A stretch of DNA of 62,392 bases, counting the filler. It is 7 parts of 7 records of this genome, joined end to end, with 100 filler letters (N's around TTAATTAATTAA, not from the genome) between each part and the next. Parts side by side here need not be neighbours in the genome. Positions count along the whole stretch, not along the records: positions 1 to 17,894 come from SRR31147125_11927; 6 more parts are not named here. One strand, written 5' to 3'. The notes beneath the pieces were generated by a model. It was not told the DNA's origin and ran no database searches. It saw only the letters and a list, made by a program, of their open reading frames with translations. Shown here piece by piece: positions 1 to 9,705 of the stretch. Positions within the stretch are counted from its first letter, which is position 1, and the number at the start of each line of letters is the position of its first letter. Both the position numbers and the translations under genes were made by a program.

Positions 1-41
1 CCCCTGGGTCTCCACCTGCTATTAATCCAAATATTAAACGT

Positions 42-1268
42 TTGCCTCCTGTTCTCACAAAGCCTGATATGATTCAATGGTATAGAAGCCTTAGTGATGG
101 GGCTAAGAAAATCTATGATCTGTATGGTTATAAAGAGACTACAATAGGTGAAAGAGATAAGGTGCAGATTAATGGTGAATTTAGTCCAAAGGGGATTGCT
201 GACCTTTGGGAAAAAGGTGAGCGAGGAGAGGCCGCGGCTGAAGTGAGAGACATTATTGGCAACTCTTTCTTTGTATTTAGTTATGTTGTGGATATGAAAA
301 AAATGGGTCAGAATGTTCGAAAGTCTTTTGTTGAGTTTTTTTGTGAAGAGAGGGCCTCTACCAAATTAAAGGAAAAATATAGGCTCGCAAAAAATTATGT
401 AAGCGGGATAGAAAATCATCCTGAATTATTTAAGGCTTTGACTGAGAAACATGTAGAGTTTAAAGACAACTTTAATGTCCTAAAGGAGGGGGTTTCTTTA
501 TATGAAGAAACTTTTATGTCAAAATCATCTTTTTCTGATAAGTCAGGCAAAGATATAAAATATTTGCATGCAGGTTTTAATCCTATTCCAGGGATTAAAC
601 AGGGGGCTTTATTGATTAAGGGGGCGTTGTTTGGGAATAGAGCCTCTAATGGCAAGGAGACCTCCGCAAAAAATGGAAATGCTGAAATTCCAATTTGGGG
701 AAGTGATACTGATGCTTTTAAAATTGCGAAAAAAGCTCGGCGTTATTTCTATAAAATATACGAGTATGACCTCAAATTTAGAGATTTGGAAAATGCGCCT
801 GATGCTGACTTGAAAATGTTAAATAGAGAAATAAATGAAATCAAATCTGAGGGTCGAGAAAAACTTTCACCAGATTCTATTAGTCTTCTGAATAAATATA
901 TTCCACCAATGTATCTGCTAAATGAGGATGGAGCGTTGATCTATTCGCCTATACGGTCCTATTTGCTACCGTATAGATACTATCCAAGCAATCAATATGT
1001 AAAGCTGTTGTATGATATGAAAAAGGTATTAGGGGATGACTTAGCAAAAGATGTAGAGGCTAAGTGTCATAAGCTTATAGTGTTAGGCCTTCGAAGAGAA
1101 CATGGTATTCGAGAAACAGATAGAATAGATATCAATGTTATTCTTTTGGAGGTAAATTCCAAAATTAAAAGCAAGGGATATGCTCTTGTCGAAGTGGCAG
1201 GCGGCCGATTCAAATTTTATTCATTAGAAGCTCTAAGAGGTGAGCCCTTTGATATTGAAAGTTTCTAA
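42..1268 (+). CDS. Hypothetical protein (start uncertain, near contig edge)
   Basis: 408-aa ORF with no recognisable motif. Confidence 0.6.
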   Translation: MPPVLTKPDMIQWYRSLSDGAKKIYDLYGYKETTIGERDKVQINGEFSPKGIADLWEKGERGEAAAEVRDIIGNSFFVFSYVVDMKKMGQNVRKSFVEFFCEERASTKLKEKYRLAKNYVSGIENHPELFKALTEKHVEFKDNFNVLKEGVSLYEETFMSKSSFSDKSGKDIKYLHAGFNPIPGIKQGALLIKGALFGNRASNGKETSAKNGNAEIPIWGSDTDAFKIAKKARRYFYKIYEYDLKFRDLENAPDADLKMLNREINEIKSEGREKLSPDSISLLNKYIPPMYLLNEDGALIYSPIRSYLLPYRYYPSNQYVKLLYDMKKVLGDDLAKDVEAKCHKLIVLGLRREHGIRETDRIDINVILLEVNSKIKSKGYALVEVAGGRFKFYSLEALRGEPFDIESF

Positions 1269-1331
1269 TTGAATGAACAGTCGATTGTTATTCAAATAAA
1301 AGTTTTTCAACCATCATTAAAATCAGGACTG

Positions 1332-1355
1332 TCTGTATTCATATCCGAATACAGA
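1332..1355. promoter_or_regulatory. Palindromic operator copy 1 (tctGTATTC-atatcc-GAATACaga)
   Basis: Core at 1335-1352 with 9-bp perfect arms; same core recurs in five other intergenic regions. Confidence 0.8.
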
Positions 1356-1370
1356 TAAATCTGGAAAGCA

Positions 1371-1398
1371 CAACTTAGTGCTTTAGGATGCCGATAAT
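1371..1398 (+). promoter_or_regulatory. Sigma28-like promoter CAAC-N17-CGATAAT
   Basis: GCCGATAA at 1390-1397 is the sigma28 -10 consensus; RBS GGAGG at 1411, ATG at 1420. Confidence 0.65.
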
Positions 1399-1419
1399 AA
1401 TTAAGAACAGGGAGGTTCT

Positions 1420-2514
1420 ATGAAGAAAAAAAATATATCTAATTTGTTCTCTATTCTTGTGCTTGCGACACTCCTTATTAGCGTTGTAGCCTGTGGTGAC
1501 GCTGCAAGGGTCGCAGAAGAGCTTACGCCCGAAGGTTATCCGGTGGTTAATGGGACATATAGTGTCGTTTCTACGACATGTTCCTTTGCTGAATTGGGAG
1601 CCGGTTTCAGTATTTCACAGGATGAAGCTTCCTTGAGTATTTCAGCAAGTGTTGGCTCAGGGGTAATGGGTGCACCAGATACCGAGGGCTATGCGTCTTC
1701 ATCGGCTGTAGCAGGTGAAGAAATAGTAGAAGAGTTTGAAGTCGCTGAACAGTTCGATGAAACTAAAAGTGCAGAGAAGTCTTCTGATATCGAGATGGAG
1801 ATCTATGTTGATGGATATGCAGATTATTATCCCGCAGATTCCATGTATGGAGAAGCTGCTGGTGGTAATTCATCTTTAGCCGGTGAAAATGTTTCATTTT
1901 CTACAGCAGAGATTTCCAAAGAAGGCGAAGTGACCTTAACTGTTTCTAGTGGAACAGTCAGTTATGATTGTGAAGGCTTATACTATGGGGGAGCTGTTTC
2001 TTTAAGTTGTGGAAAAGAAGATGATATCACTAGTCAGGATTGCACCTTGATAGTTAATAAGATAAGTGATGAAACCCCAGCGATACCATATTCAGCAGAG
2101 ACCGAGGAACCCGTTTCTCCACCTTCAGGCAATAATCCTCCATCCACACCTTTGTCTGAGGAGTTTCAGTCTGTAAATGAAATTAATCATGCTAAACTTC
2201 AGGAAAACGTAGTGGGTTCATGGTGTAATAATTCAAAATTGTCGGATATTAAGGCAATTACTATAAATTCCGCACTAGATATTAATCTCATTATTAAAGA
2301 TAAAAATGATTTAATAGCTAAAGAGGCAGTGATGTTTGAATATGATGCCCAATCGATAGAGTTGAAATATCCACCTTATTTAGATGATGTAAAAATTGAA
2401 TTTAACGATCAGTATGATGAATTCTTGCTAACAATTAAAAAAGTCGATGGTAGTATTGTAAAATATCTATTTATATTTAATGGCGAAGAATCCAATTCTT
2501 GTCTGGTTGATTAG
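1420..2514 (+). CDS. Acidic lipoprotein of unknown function
   Basis: Signal peptide with lipobox VVAC; strong RBS. Confidence 0.75.
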   Translation: MKKKNISNLFSILVLATLLISVVACGDAARVAEELTPEGYPVVNGTYSVVSTTCSFAELGAGFSISQDEASLSISASVGSGVMGAPDTEGYASSSAVAGEEIVEEFEVAEQFDETKSAEKSSDIEMEIYVDGYADYYPADSMYGEAAGGNSSLAGENVSFSTAEISKEGEVTLTVSSGTVSYDCEGLYYGGAVSLSCGKEDDITSQDCTLIVNKISDETPAIPYSAETEEPVSPPSGNNPPSTPLSEEFQSVNEINHAKLQENVVGSWCNNSKLSDIKAITINSALDINLIIKDKNDLIAKEAVMFEYDAQSIELKYPPYLDDVKIEFNDQYDEFLLTIKKVDGSIVKYLFIFNGEESNSCLVD

Positions 2515-2796
2515 TTAATTGTTTATGAATATGGAACTCTTCTTTCTTAGATTCGAGATTTAGAGAAAAGGGCAACGTTCCTCACTTTTTATAAGGGAGT
2601 AACTTCCTATATGATAGACTTTGTCAGAAAGGTCCAAGAGTATTTTTAGATCATATATAATAGCGTTCGAGTGAGGCTTGGCAATCCAGAACTTGAAGAG
2701 GGTCCTCTGGGCGCAAAATAATTGTTGGCTCTGCCGAAAAACATCAATGAGATCCAAAGTTGAGGCTTCTAAATAAAATTAGTTGATTGAAAGAGT

Positions 2797-2829
2797 AGCG
2801 TCTACTTTAAATATATCAAAGTAGACGCT
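2797..2829. terminator. Intrinsic terminator hairpin between convergent genes
   Basis: AGCGTCTACTTT / AAAGTAGACGCT 12-bp stem. Confidence 0.7.
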
Positions 2830-2849
2830 GTCTCTTTGTTTGGGGGAGT

Positions 2850-4196
2850 TTATTGTAGAATTAGAGAACAACCACCTGATGCTGGGGGAGCTGTTGTGGT
2901 TGTGCTATCGTCTTCTGTGTCGCTTTCTTCAGATTCACTCTCATCTTCTTCGCTATCATCCTCAGTTTCACTATCTTCTTCTGAAGGGGAGTCTTCTGTT
3001 TCTTCAAGGCATGAGCTGTCACATCCATCTCCATCATCGAGGTTGCCATCATCGCATTCCTCACTAATATCCGTCTGAACAACTCCATCGCTGCAATATG
3101 CTTCAATAGCACCAAGGTCACAGGTTGAGACTCTATCTTGACCAATCTGATCTGTAGGAACATTTGCAGTGCAATAGGAGGCTTCTCCACCATCGATGGC
3201 GGGACTTCCGCTTTGTAATATATATCTTCCAAGACCAAAGTCTGTAGATCCGGAGAGTGCTGAAAGAAGAGGGTCCACTGCTGTTGCATCATCTTCCGTT
3301 GCAGTACATCCCACAAAGTCTTCAAGGATGTTATATCCATTTGATTCATTAACTGCGCCAATACAGTCATTGCCAGTAGTCGTGGCTGTATTCCCAGCTA
3401 TGATTGTATTTGTAATATTGAGTTCGCCCGTTGTATATATGCCTCCACCCTCATCGGCATTATTATCAGTGATAGTCGCGTTGACAAGATTGATTGTCGA
3501 GGCCTCGTTTCCAAATATTGCTCCCCCTAACTTTAAGTCTGATGAGTTGCCAGCTATTGTGGTGCTTTTAGCAGAAAAGGTTCCTGAGGTGTAGATGCTG
3601 CCTCCTGAAAGATTTCCTATGTTATTATAGATAAAGCTATTTACTACTCTAGCTGAGGAAGAGTTGTGAATTGCGCCTCCTAGACTGGCTTCACAATCCC
3701 TTATTGTAACTCCTGATACTGTTAGTGTGCCGCTGTTAGCGATTGCTCCACCGAAATTGGCGCCTGATATAAGTCCATTTGCTAGTGTGCAGTCTTCTAG
3801 GATTAGGAGTGACGAGGTGTTATACAATAATCTGAATTCATCTATTCCTTCACTATCATCTCTAGTTAGCGTTGAGTTATTACATTTTATTTGGAGGGCA
3901 TCGCTAATTATGGGTAGGGCTGATTTACTTTCATAGATTTCAGTAAAAGTATAGGTCTCATCATCTTGAAGTTCAATTACGTCTGCTTCAATATCAGAAC
4001 CTGCTGTACATGCGTCAACGGCTAGATTGGTATTTGCCGCTTCGATTGCCTCTGCTAAAGTGCAATTGCCATTGTCTTCAAGAGGACTCTCTTGCGTTGT
4101 TGAATCGACAGTGATTGTGGCTGCAAAGCTAAAAGTGTAAAAAGTTGTGATAGCTAAAACTAAAGTGATGTTGATTAGATTTTTAAATGTTCTCAT
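2850..4196 (-). CDS. Secreted CSLREA / choice-of-anchor Q beta-helix protein with a Myxococcus-type Cys-rich repeat and C-terminal GGCSL motif
   Basis: Signal peptide; GNCTLAEAIEAAN; GGAI repeats; GSPAIDGG...CDLGAIE; CSDGVV...EECDDGN..DGDGCDSSC; acidic linker. Confidence 0.85.
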   Translation of the reverse strand: MRTFKNLINITLVLAITTFYTFSFAATITVDSTTQESPLEDNGNCTLAEAIEAANTNLAVDACTAGSDIEADVIELQDDETYTFTEIYESKSALPIISDALQIKCNNSTLTRDDSEGIDEFRLLYNTSSLLILEDCTLANGLISGANFGGAIANSGTLTVSGVTIRDCEASLGGAIHNSSSARVVNSFIYNNIGNLSGGSIYTSGTFSAKSTTIAGNSSDLKLGGAIFGNEASTINLVNATITDNNADEGGGIYTTGELNITNTIIAGNTATTTGNDCIGAVNESNGYNILEDFVGCTATEDDATAVDPLLSALSGSTDFGLGRYILQSGSPAIDGGEASYCTANVPTDQIGQDRVSTCDLGAIEAYCSDGVVQTDISEECDDGNLDDGDGCDSSCLEETEDSPSEEDSETEDDSEEDESESEESDTEDDSTTTTAPPASGGCSLILQ

Positions 4197-4230
4197 GGAT
4201 ATCTCCTCTTCAATATATAAATTATATATA

Positions 4231-4258
4231 ATTATCGACGTCTGTGGTAGCAGTGTTG
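4231..4258 (-). promoter_or_regulatory. Sigma28-like promoter CAAC-N17-CGATAAT
   Basis: Reverse complement reads CAAC actgctaccacagacgt CGATAAT upstream of the ATG at 4196. Confidence 0.65.
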
Positions 4259-4278
4259 CGGTTTAAAGGCGATTATCT

Positions 4279-4296
4279 GTATTCGTTTATGAATAC
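4279..4296. promoter_or_regulatory. Palindromic operator copy 2
   Basis: GTATTC gtttat GAATAC. Confidence 0.8.
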
Positions 4297-4359
4297 GGAA
4301 AACTTCAGTACTGATATGATTTTGTTGCATCTGCTATAAGTAGAATTTATGTATACTAA

Positions 4360-5502
4360 ATGACTTTTTGCAACGATGTGAGAGACGATTCTAAAGCATA
4401 TAGACTTTGCGAGTTCATTCGCAAAAAATATAATTATAAAAAGAATGACTTTGATAAGTGCCTTTTACGAACAGTTCATAAGGATAAAGAACGAGCCGTT
4501 AATGTCTGTACCGATCCTGGAGCTGAAATTACGCCTGAGCAGGTTAGGGAAACAGCTTTTTCATTGATCGAAAAAGAACTGTTTGATCAAAAAGATAAAT
4601 TGCGGAGAGGAAGAGAGTTTTGTTCACCTCTTTTGAGGTTCTTTGAAGATGTGGAAGATTTAAAAGTTCCTTGGATTACCAAAGATAAATATCTTTTTCT
4701 GCATTCTGAGTTGGCTTGTGAAAAAGCTAAGGAAATCATATCTGATGGCGGTGTATTGAATGGTTCTTCTGGATATAAAAAAATGTTAGCTCGTAAGGCT
4801 TGGGAGTATATCAGTAAACCAAAAGAAGATGGTGGTTTGGGGCTAGAGTTTGATCCTTTTCATAATTCACCACAGAAGAATTATGATGAGGTTGTTGAAA
4901 AAGGATTTGGGACGTGTCATGAGATAACCCTTATGGTTATGCTTTTTAGGCAGTGGGGCTTGGATGCACATCCTGTAGATATTTATACGAACAATTCTGG
5001 ACAATATATTGATCATATGGGGATTGGTGTCAAAATAACTAGAGACCAGGTTATGATTGTTGATCCTCAATTGGGTATTGAAATTGTTAGTCAGAGTAAG
5101 ACGAGTTTAAAAAAATGGACCTTTGTCTCTATGTCAGATTTTATGGCTGATCACTTAAATAATAGAGCCAATCTGAATGCTAAGTATTGGCCTGATGACG
5201 AAAAATATTCATTTATGAGAAAGAATTACGGTCAGGCATTGCTCTATGGTGCAAGTAACTATCTTGTATTGTATTGTGCCGCAAATTTTGAAGATGAGTA
5301 TAATAACAATCTAGAAGTTGCTGTAAGGCACGCGTTGTCGTCTATGAGGGCCAATCCTTATTATCCAAACACCTATTTACTATTGATTGATCTTTACGAA
5401 AAACTCGGTGTTTATAATTCGACAACGTCCTATTGCGATCGGTATAAGGCTTTAACTGGAAATCAACACTGTTCAACAGAGGTATTGTACTCCACTTACT
5501 GA
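4360..5502 (+). CDS. Transglutaminase-like (Cys-His-Asp) domain protein with C-terminal TPR-like helices
   Basis: GTCHE, DHMG and IVDP motifs; ANPYYPNTYLLLIDLYEKLG is TPR-like. Confidence 0.6.
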   Translation: MTFCNDVRDDSKAYRLCEFIRKKYNYKKNDFDKCLLRTVHKDKERAVNVCTDPGAEITPEQVRETAFSLIEKELFDQKDKLRRGREFCSPLLRFFEDVEDLKVPWITKDKYLFLHSELACEKAKEIISDGGVLNGSSGYKKMLARKAWEYISKPKEDGGLGLEFDPFHNSPQKNYDEVVEKGFGTCHEITLMVMLFRQWGLDAHPVDIYTNNSGQYIDHMGIGVKITRDQVMIVDPQLGIEIVSQSKTSLKKWTFVSMSDFMADHLNNRANLNAKYWPDDEKYSFMRKNYGQALLYGASNYLVLYCAANFEDEYNNNLEVAVRHALSSMRANPYYPNTYLLLIDLYEKLGVYNSTTSYCDRYKALTGNQHCSTEVLYSTY

Positions 5503-5504
5503 AC

Positions 5505-6788
5505 CTACATAGCTATTGCAACAACCTCTATCGAAGTGTCTTCTTGTTTTTGAAGTTCCTTCTCAATTCTAGCTATGGTTTTTGGAGGGTAGGCCAAGTA
5601 GTAAGTCTTTTTTGATGTTTTGTATTTAACTAGCGACCATCCTTTTTGTCCTCGATCAACCCAGCTTTCTATATATTCAAGACCACTGTTTTCGTCCTTA
5701 AAGGTTGATACGGGCTTGTACTGAAAATCCCCCAATTTTAGTGTGATATTCTGTTTAATTGCACTGGCCCTGGTTGGTTTTCTTCGTCTAGTCTTGCGTG
5801 AGCTTCTTGTGATTGCAGTAGAGTAGATGGTTTCTCTTCCAGAAGGTAAAACTGGTTTCAGTTCTGGCGATTTTAACGCAGTGTCTAGTGTAAATAATGG
5901 TGAGATAGGTTTCGGATTCTCCATGGAAGCTGATATCTCTCTAAATGAAGGGACTCTTGGTCTGTCCTTCATTTTATTCTTTGGTTGTATAACTGTTTTG
6001 GCCAACTCAGCCCTACCTCTGTCGTCTAGAGTGAGGGATGGGGTGCCAATAGTAAAAGTTGGGAGGTCTCCCGTCATGGCAGCGAGATGTTTTCTAACAG
6101 TCTCTGTAGCTTCTGGATCATTTTTTAGAAATATAGGTTTTGGATTCTTTGAAACTGCTGCCATCCAGGCCTCTTCTTGTCTTGCTTCAATGTCTTTTAC
6201 GTGATTTGTAACTCTAGCTCTTTTTCTGGGTTTTAAGGTGGCCACTTCGGATGTTTTTGCCACATCTGTAGGGCTAGATGGCTCGGCGTGTAAAGGTATT
6301 TTGATGTTTGGTGTTTCTTTTGTCAATTCTAAGTCTTTAGCTGGAGTATCGATAGGTTTGGTTCTAGAGGGATCACTGTTTGCAGATGTTGGGAGGTCTC
6401 CCGTCATCGCAGCGACATGTTTCCTTATAGTTTCTGCCGCTTCTGTATCATTTTTTAGAAAGTTAGGTTTTGCTGAAGCTCTTTCCAACCACTGCTCTTT
6501 AATGTTTTCTACATGATTTGTAACTTTAGCTCTCTTTCTAGCTTTCAAGGTTACTACTTCGGATGCTTTTGCTATGTCTGAAGAGCTTAATAGCCCAGGG
6601 GCCTCTGAAGGCCTTTTTTTGATGGGCATTTTCCCTAAGAAAGAAAGGTCTCTGGCTGGATCGTCGATAAATTTGCTTTTATATGTAATCTCTTTTCCAT
6701 CAATACCCTTAGATGTTTTCTTTGCAGGTGGGGTAGGCAGAGTTCTCTCTTCGATTACCCTTATAGTCTTTTTTGTCACTTTCTTCAT
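5505..6788 (-). CDS. Basic hypothetical protein with an internal ~65-70 aa duplication
   Basis: Likely start MKKVTKK at 6788 (RBS GGAGG at 6793-6797); two copies of SEV.TLK.RKRA.VTNHV...FLKND.EA.ET.RKH.AAMTGDLPT. Confidence 0.7.
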   Translation of the reverse strand: MKKVTKKTIRVIEERTLPTPPAKKTSKGIDGKEITYKSKFIDDPARDLSFLGKMPIKKRPSEAPGLLSSSDIAKASEVVTLKARKRAKVTNHVENIKEQWLERASAKPNFLKNDTEAAETIRKHVAAMTGDLPTSANSDPSRTKPIDTPAKDLELTKETPNIKIPLHAEPSSPTDVAKTSEVATLKPRKRARVTNHVKDIEARQEEAWMAAVSKNPKPIFLKNDPEATETVRKHLAAMTGDLPTFTIGTPSLTLDDRGRAELAKTVIQPKNKMKDRPRVPSFREISASMENPKPISPLFTLDTALKSPELKPVLPSGRETIYSTAITRSSRKTRRRKPTRASAIKQNITLKLGDFQYKPVSTFKDENSGLEYIESWVDRGQKGWSLVKYKTSKKTYYLAYPPKTIARIEKELQKQEDTSIEVVAIAM

Positions 6789-6828
6789 ACAACCTCCAAT
6801 TGTTTCCCTTCGTAAACTCTTCAATATA

Positions 6829-6856
6829 ATTATCGGTTCACTTCTTAGAATTGTTG
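6829..6856 (-). promoter_or_regulatory. Sigma28-like promoter CAAC-N17-CGATAAT
   Basis: Reverse complement reads CAAC aattctaagaagtgaac CGATAAT. Confidence 0.65.
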
Positions 6857-6885
6857 TTTTGTTTGTTGGCTGACAAAGAAAATGT

Positions 6886-6903
6886 GTATTCATTTGCGAA
6901 TAC
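6886..6903. promoter_or_regulatory. Palindromic operator copy 3, shared by divergent promoters
   Basis: GTATTC atttgc GAATAC, 29 bp from the CAAC box on each side. Confidence 0.8.
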
Positions 6904-6932
6904 GGATAATGGGTGTTTGCCGATTATTCTGA

Positions 6933-6958
6933 CAACACTTCTTTTCTCTTTGCGATAT
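6933..6958 (+). promoter_or_regulatory. Sigma28-like promoter CAAC-N16-CGATAT
   Basis: Upstream of RBS AGGAGG (6975) and ATG at 6986. Confidence 0.55.
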
Positions 6959-6985
6959 ATCTTGTGAAGGGAAAAGGAGGTATCT

Positions 6986-8772
6986 ATGTCAGTGTTAGGA
7001 AAAAGTATAATTGGTCTTAACTTAAATCAAATTATGTTCAGGGCTCCCAAATCGAAAGACAAACCTGTAAAAGCTAAGGGCGAGAATGATATGTTCTCTA
7101 GTGTTGGTAGTGAGATTACTAAGGCTCTTAATAAGGTGGTTCAGAATAGTGGTTCGAAAGTAGGCAGCGATGATAAAGATCGAAGTGTTGCTGTGTCGAG
7201 ATTTATCAGAGAAATTCTATCCATGAATCATAAGGGACAGCTTCATATTAAGAGAGAACTCGGTTTTTCTGATAATCATAAGTTGACTGCAAAAGAAATT
7301 TACCATTGGGTGATTGAAAAGGGCGGATCAGGTTTTATTAAAGGTGTTATGGAAACTGGTCGAGGAAGGCTTCGTGCTTGCCAACTAAGGTTCAGGAATA
7401 ACTATTCTGCGCATAGAGAAGAGGGTAGACGCTTGATAGCAGACTCTTTAATGTCAGAACGAGTTGAAAAGTATTCGGGCTTGAAACAAAAATATTCTGA
7501 AAGTAAATCTTTGGACGTTTTAGTGGAGTATGCAAATTCGAAGAAAGAACTCCAGGACATCTTCTATACAAAAATTCTTCCTTATCCAACCTATGAGAAG
7601 GCGGCCAGTGCCGGTATTTTTAGTTCCTATATTACAACTCATAACATAATTCTTACAGGCCTTTATGATGTTGAGCTTGCTGGCGTTCAATTTGTAAAAC
7701 CGTTTAAGGGCGCTCAGAGGGCATTGGTGAATAATTCTGCTGCTGGAACAGGTAGGAGTGGGTTGACATGGAAAATAGATGGAGAATACCTAAAGGTTAC
7801 AGCTGGAAAGAGGGAATATTCATACAAAATAAATCGTGATAACTCCTTAACCTATACCACTGATAGGGGAAAGAAGATTATTTATACACCGCAGGGTAAG
7901 CGGATCAATGGAAAAGGTACGAGTAAGTATATTCCAAAGCTTGGTCTTAACTGGAAGTATAAACCAGTTCCTTCAGAAAAACGTGTTGCCATGGTCAAGC
8001 TGTCTGATGTCGAAAGGCAATCTGTAAAGAGAGTTGTTTCTAATCGTCTTGATAGAGATGTTGTTGTTGGAAAATATGATAATGCGACAGTTTGGGTGAC
8101 GCCAAAGTATGGAGTTAGTAGATATCTGATTGGTAAAGTAACTAAAGGCGAGAGGGGAAGATATTTTATTACACTTGGTAAAAAACTAGATGGGAAAAAA
8201 TATCCTTTGATTCAAGGGCTTCAGGTGGCGAAGGGCTATCTTGGAGAATATGAACGTTCAAGAAAAGCTGTAGTCGATGCTAAGAATAGAAAGAAAGAAG
8301 TTGCTAAGAGTCGATATGAAAAAATGACAGATCTCTTGAACCAATATAACAGCTTGTTGTCTTCCATAAAGTCTGACCATCAATTGCTTGTTAATGGAAG
8401 CGAAACTGATTCTACAAAGCGTTTTCCCTCGATGGGATTACTGCATTCAATTCAAAAAAGGAATTAGGCGACGAGAGTGTCTTTAATGCAAGTAGTAGAG
8501 GGTTGTTAGAGCAATATAAAACCAGGCTAGATAACTTGATAGGTCAACTTGATGGAGATCAGGGATTAATTGAATATATGAGTTCTGATAGTGGCCTAGA
8601 GGTTGTGTCCAGTCTCTATTATAATCTAACCTATTCCGAGACGTCTGATCAGGTGAGAAAAAAGAGAGATGAAAAAGTCTCAAAACTAAAGACAACCCTT
8701 AGAACTGCAAACAGTCTAAGAAGAGAAATGGCGTCACTACTAAACTCAAGCATAGCATCTCAGAAGGAATGA
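6986..8772 (+). CDS. Large basic hypothetical protein, probably one gene split by a 1-nt loss in an A6 run (8454-8459)
   Basis: Adding one A joins ORF 6986-8467 to 8503-8772 with no intervening stop (IQKKELGDESVFNASSRGLLEQY...). Confidence 0.6.
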
Positions 8773-9656
8773 AAAAGGAAGGCGTAAAAATGTCGATAGG
8801 AATACTGAACTCATTAACATCAAAATTTAATAAGATTATTAAATCACCTTGGATGCCTAATAGAGATAGTGTTAAAGAAGGTGAAATAGTGAGGCGTATT
8901 AACTTTGGTATATTTGGGGAAAAGCATCATGCGAAATTACTTTATTTGGGCTTAGGCTCAGAGAATAATTTTAGTAGAGGTATTAGTGGGTTGACTTTAG
9001 CTCTGCTTCGTAATCACTCTGATAGAAATTTGAATGGTCTAAGTGTTAGCGGAATAATGAATAGTTCTGAGGGAGCTATGAAGGGCGTTCAAATATCTAT
9101 TATGCATAATGAAGCTTGTCTGGGAAGTATGAGTGGTCTCCAGTTGGGAGGAAATAATATCTCTTATAGGAGTATGAGGGGAGTTCAAATAGCATTATCG
9201 GGTAATGCAACTGGCAGAAATATGAGCGGTGTTCAGTTGGGAGGTTTATGTAATAGAGCTTTTTTAGGTGAAATGAGCGGTGTTCAAGGTTCATTACTAA
9301 ATTATTCCTATTTTGATATGACTGGTGTGCAATCGGCATTTATAAATTTATCCGAAAGAGGCGACATAAAAGGTTTCCAGGTAGGCAATGTAAATGCAGC
9401 ATTGGACGGTGATCTCGACGGTTTTCAGGTTGGTGTAATCAACTATGCAGGGAGAGATATGAAGAGGGTTAAGCTGGGGCTTTTAAATATTTGGCACGGT
9501 GGAAAATGCTTTTGCCCTGGTGCAAATATTGTCTGTATCCCAACAGACTGGTCGTCAAACGAATCTGCAATGAAGAGCGCTGTTGAGCATGTGGCTATCA
9601 GTAGAAACAGAACATCGCCGATGAAATCGATTGCGTACTTAGGCTCATCGCTTTAA
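8769..9656 (+). CDS. G(V/L/F)Q-repeat beta-solenoid protein (LA_2272-like repeats)
   Basis: Tandem ~16-17 aa repeats MxGVQxxxxNxA; start may be 8790. Confidence 0.7.
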   Translation: MKKEGVKMSIGILNSLTSKFNKIIKSPWMPNRDSVKEGEIVRRINFGIFGEKHHAKLLYLGLGSENNFSRGISGLTLALLRNHSDRNLNGLSVSGIMNSSEGAMKGVQISIMHNEACLGSMSGLQLGGNNISYRSMRGVQIALSGNATGRNMSGVQLGGLCNRAFLGEMSGVQGSLLNYSYFDMTGVQSAFINLSERGDIKGFQVGNVNAALDGDLDGFQVGVINYAGRDMKRVKLGLLNIWHGGKCFCPGANIVCIPTDWSSNESAMKSAVEHVAISRNRTSPMKSIAYLGSSL

Positions 9657-9705
9657 AAACTCACAGATTAAAAATGTACTTTGTTTAGTACGTTGAGAGG
9701 GCAAG

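Noticed and set aside
2560-2757. 65-aa minus-strand ORF
   Set aside because: No RBS or recognisable motif; cannot be supported as a gene.
2836-3936. Antisense ORFs over the CSLREA gene, and similar shadow ORFs throughout (e.g. 46231-48615, 53839-54543)
   Set aside because: They overlap well-supported genes on the opposite strand and lack motifs.
7471-7488. Near-match GTATTC-gggctt-GAAACA
   Set aside because: It lies inside a CDS, has a mismatched right arm and has no associated promoter box.
8452-8467. Programmed -1 frameshift at CAAAAAAGG
   Set aside because: The heptamer is not in the canonical phase, and the same one-base loss recurs across unrelated contigs, so sequencing error is more likely.
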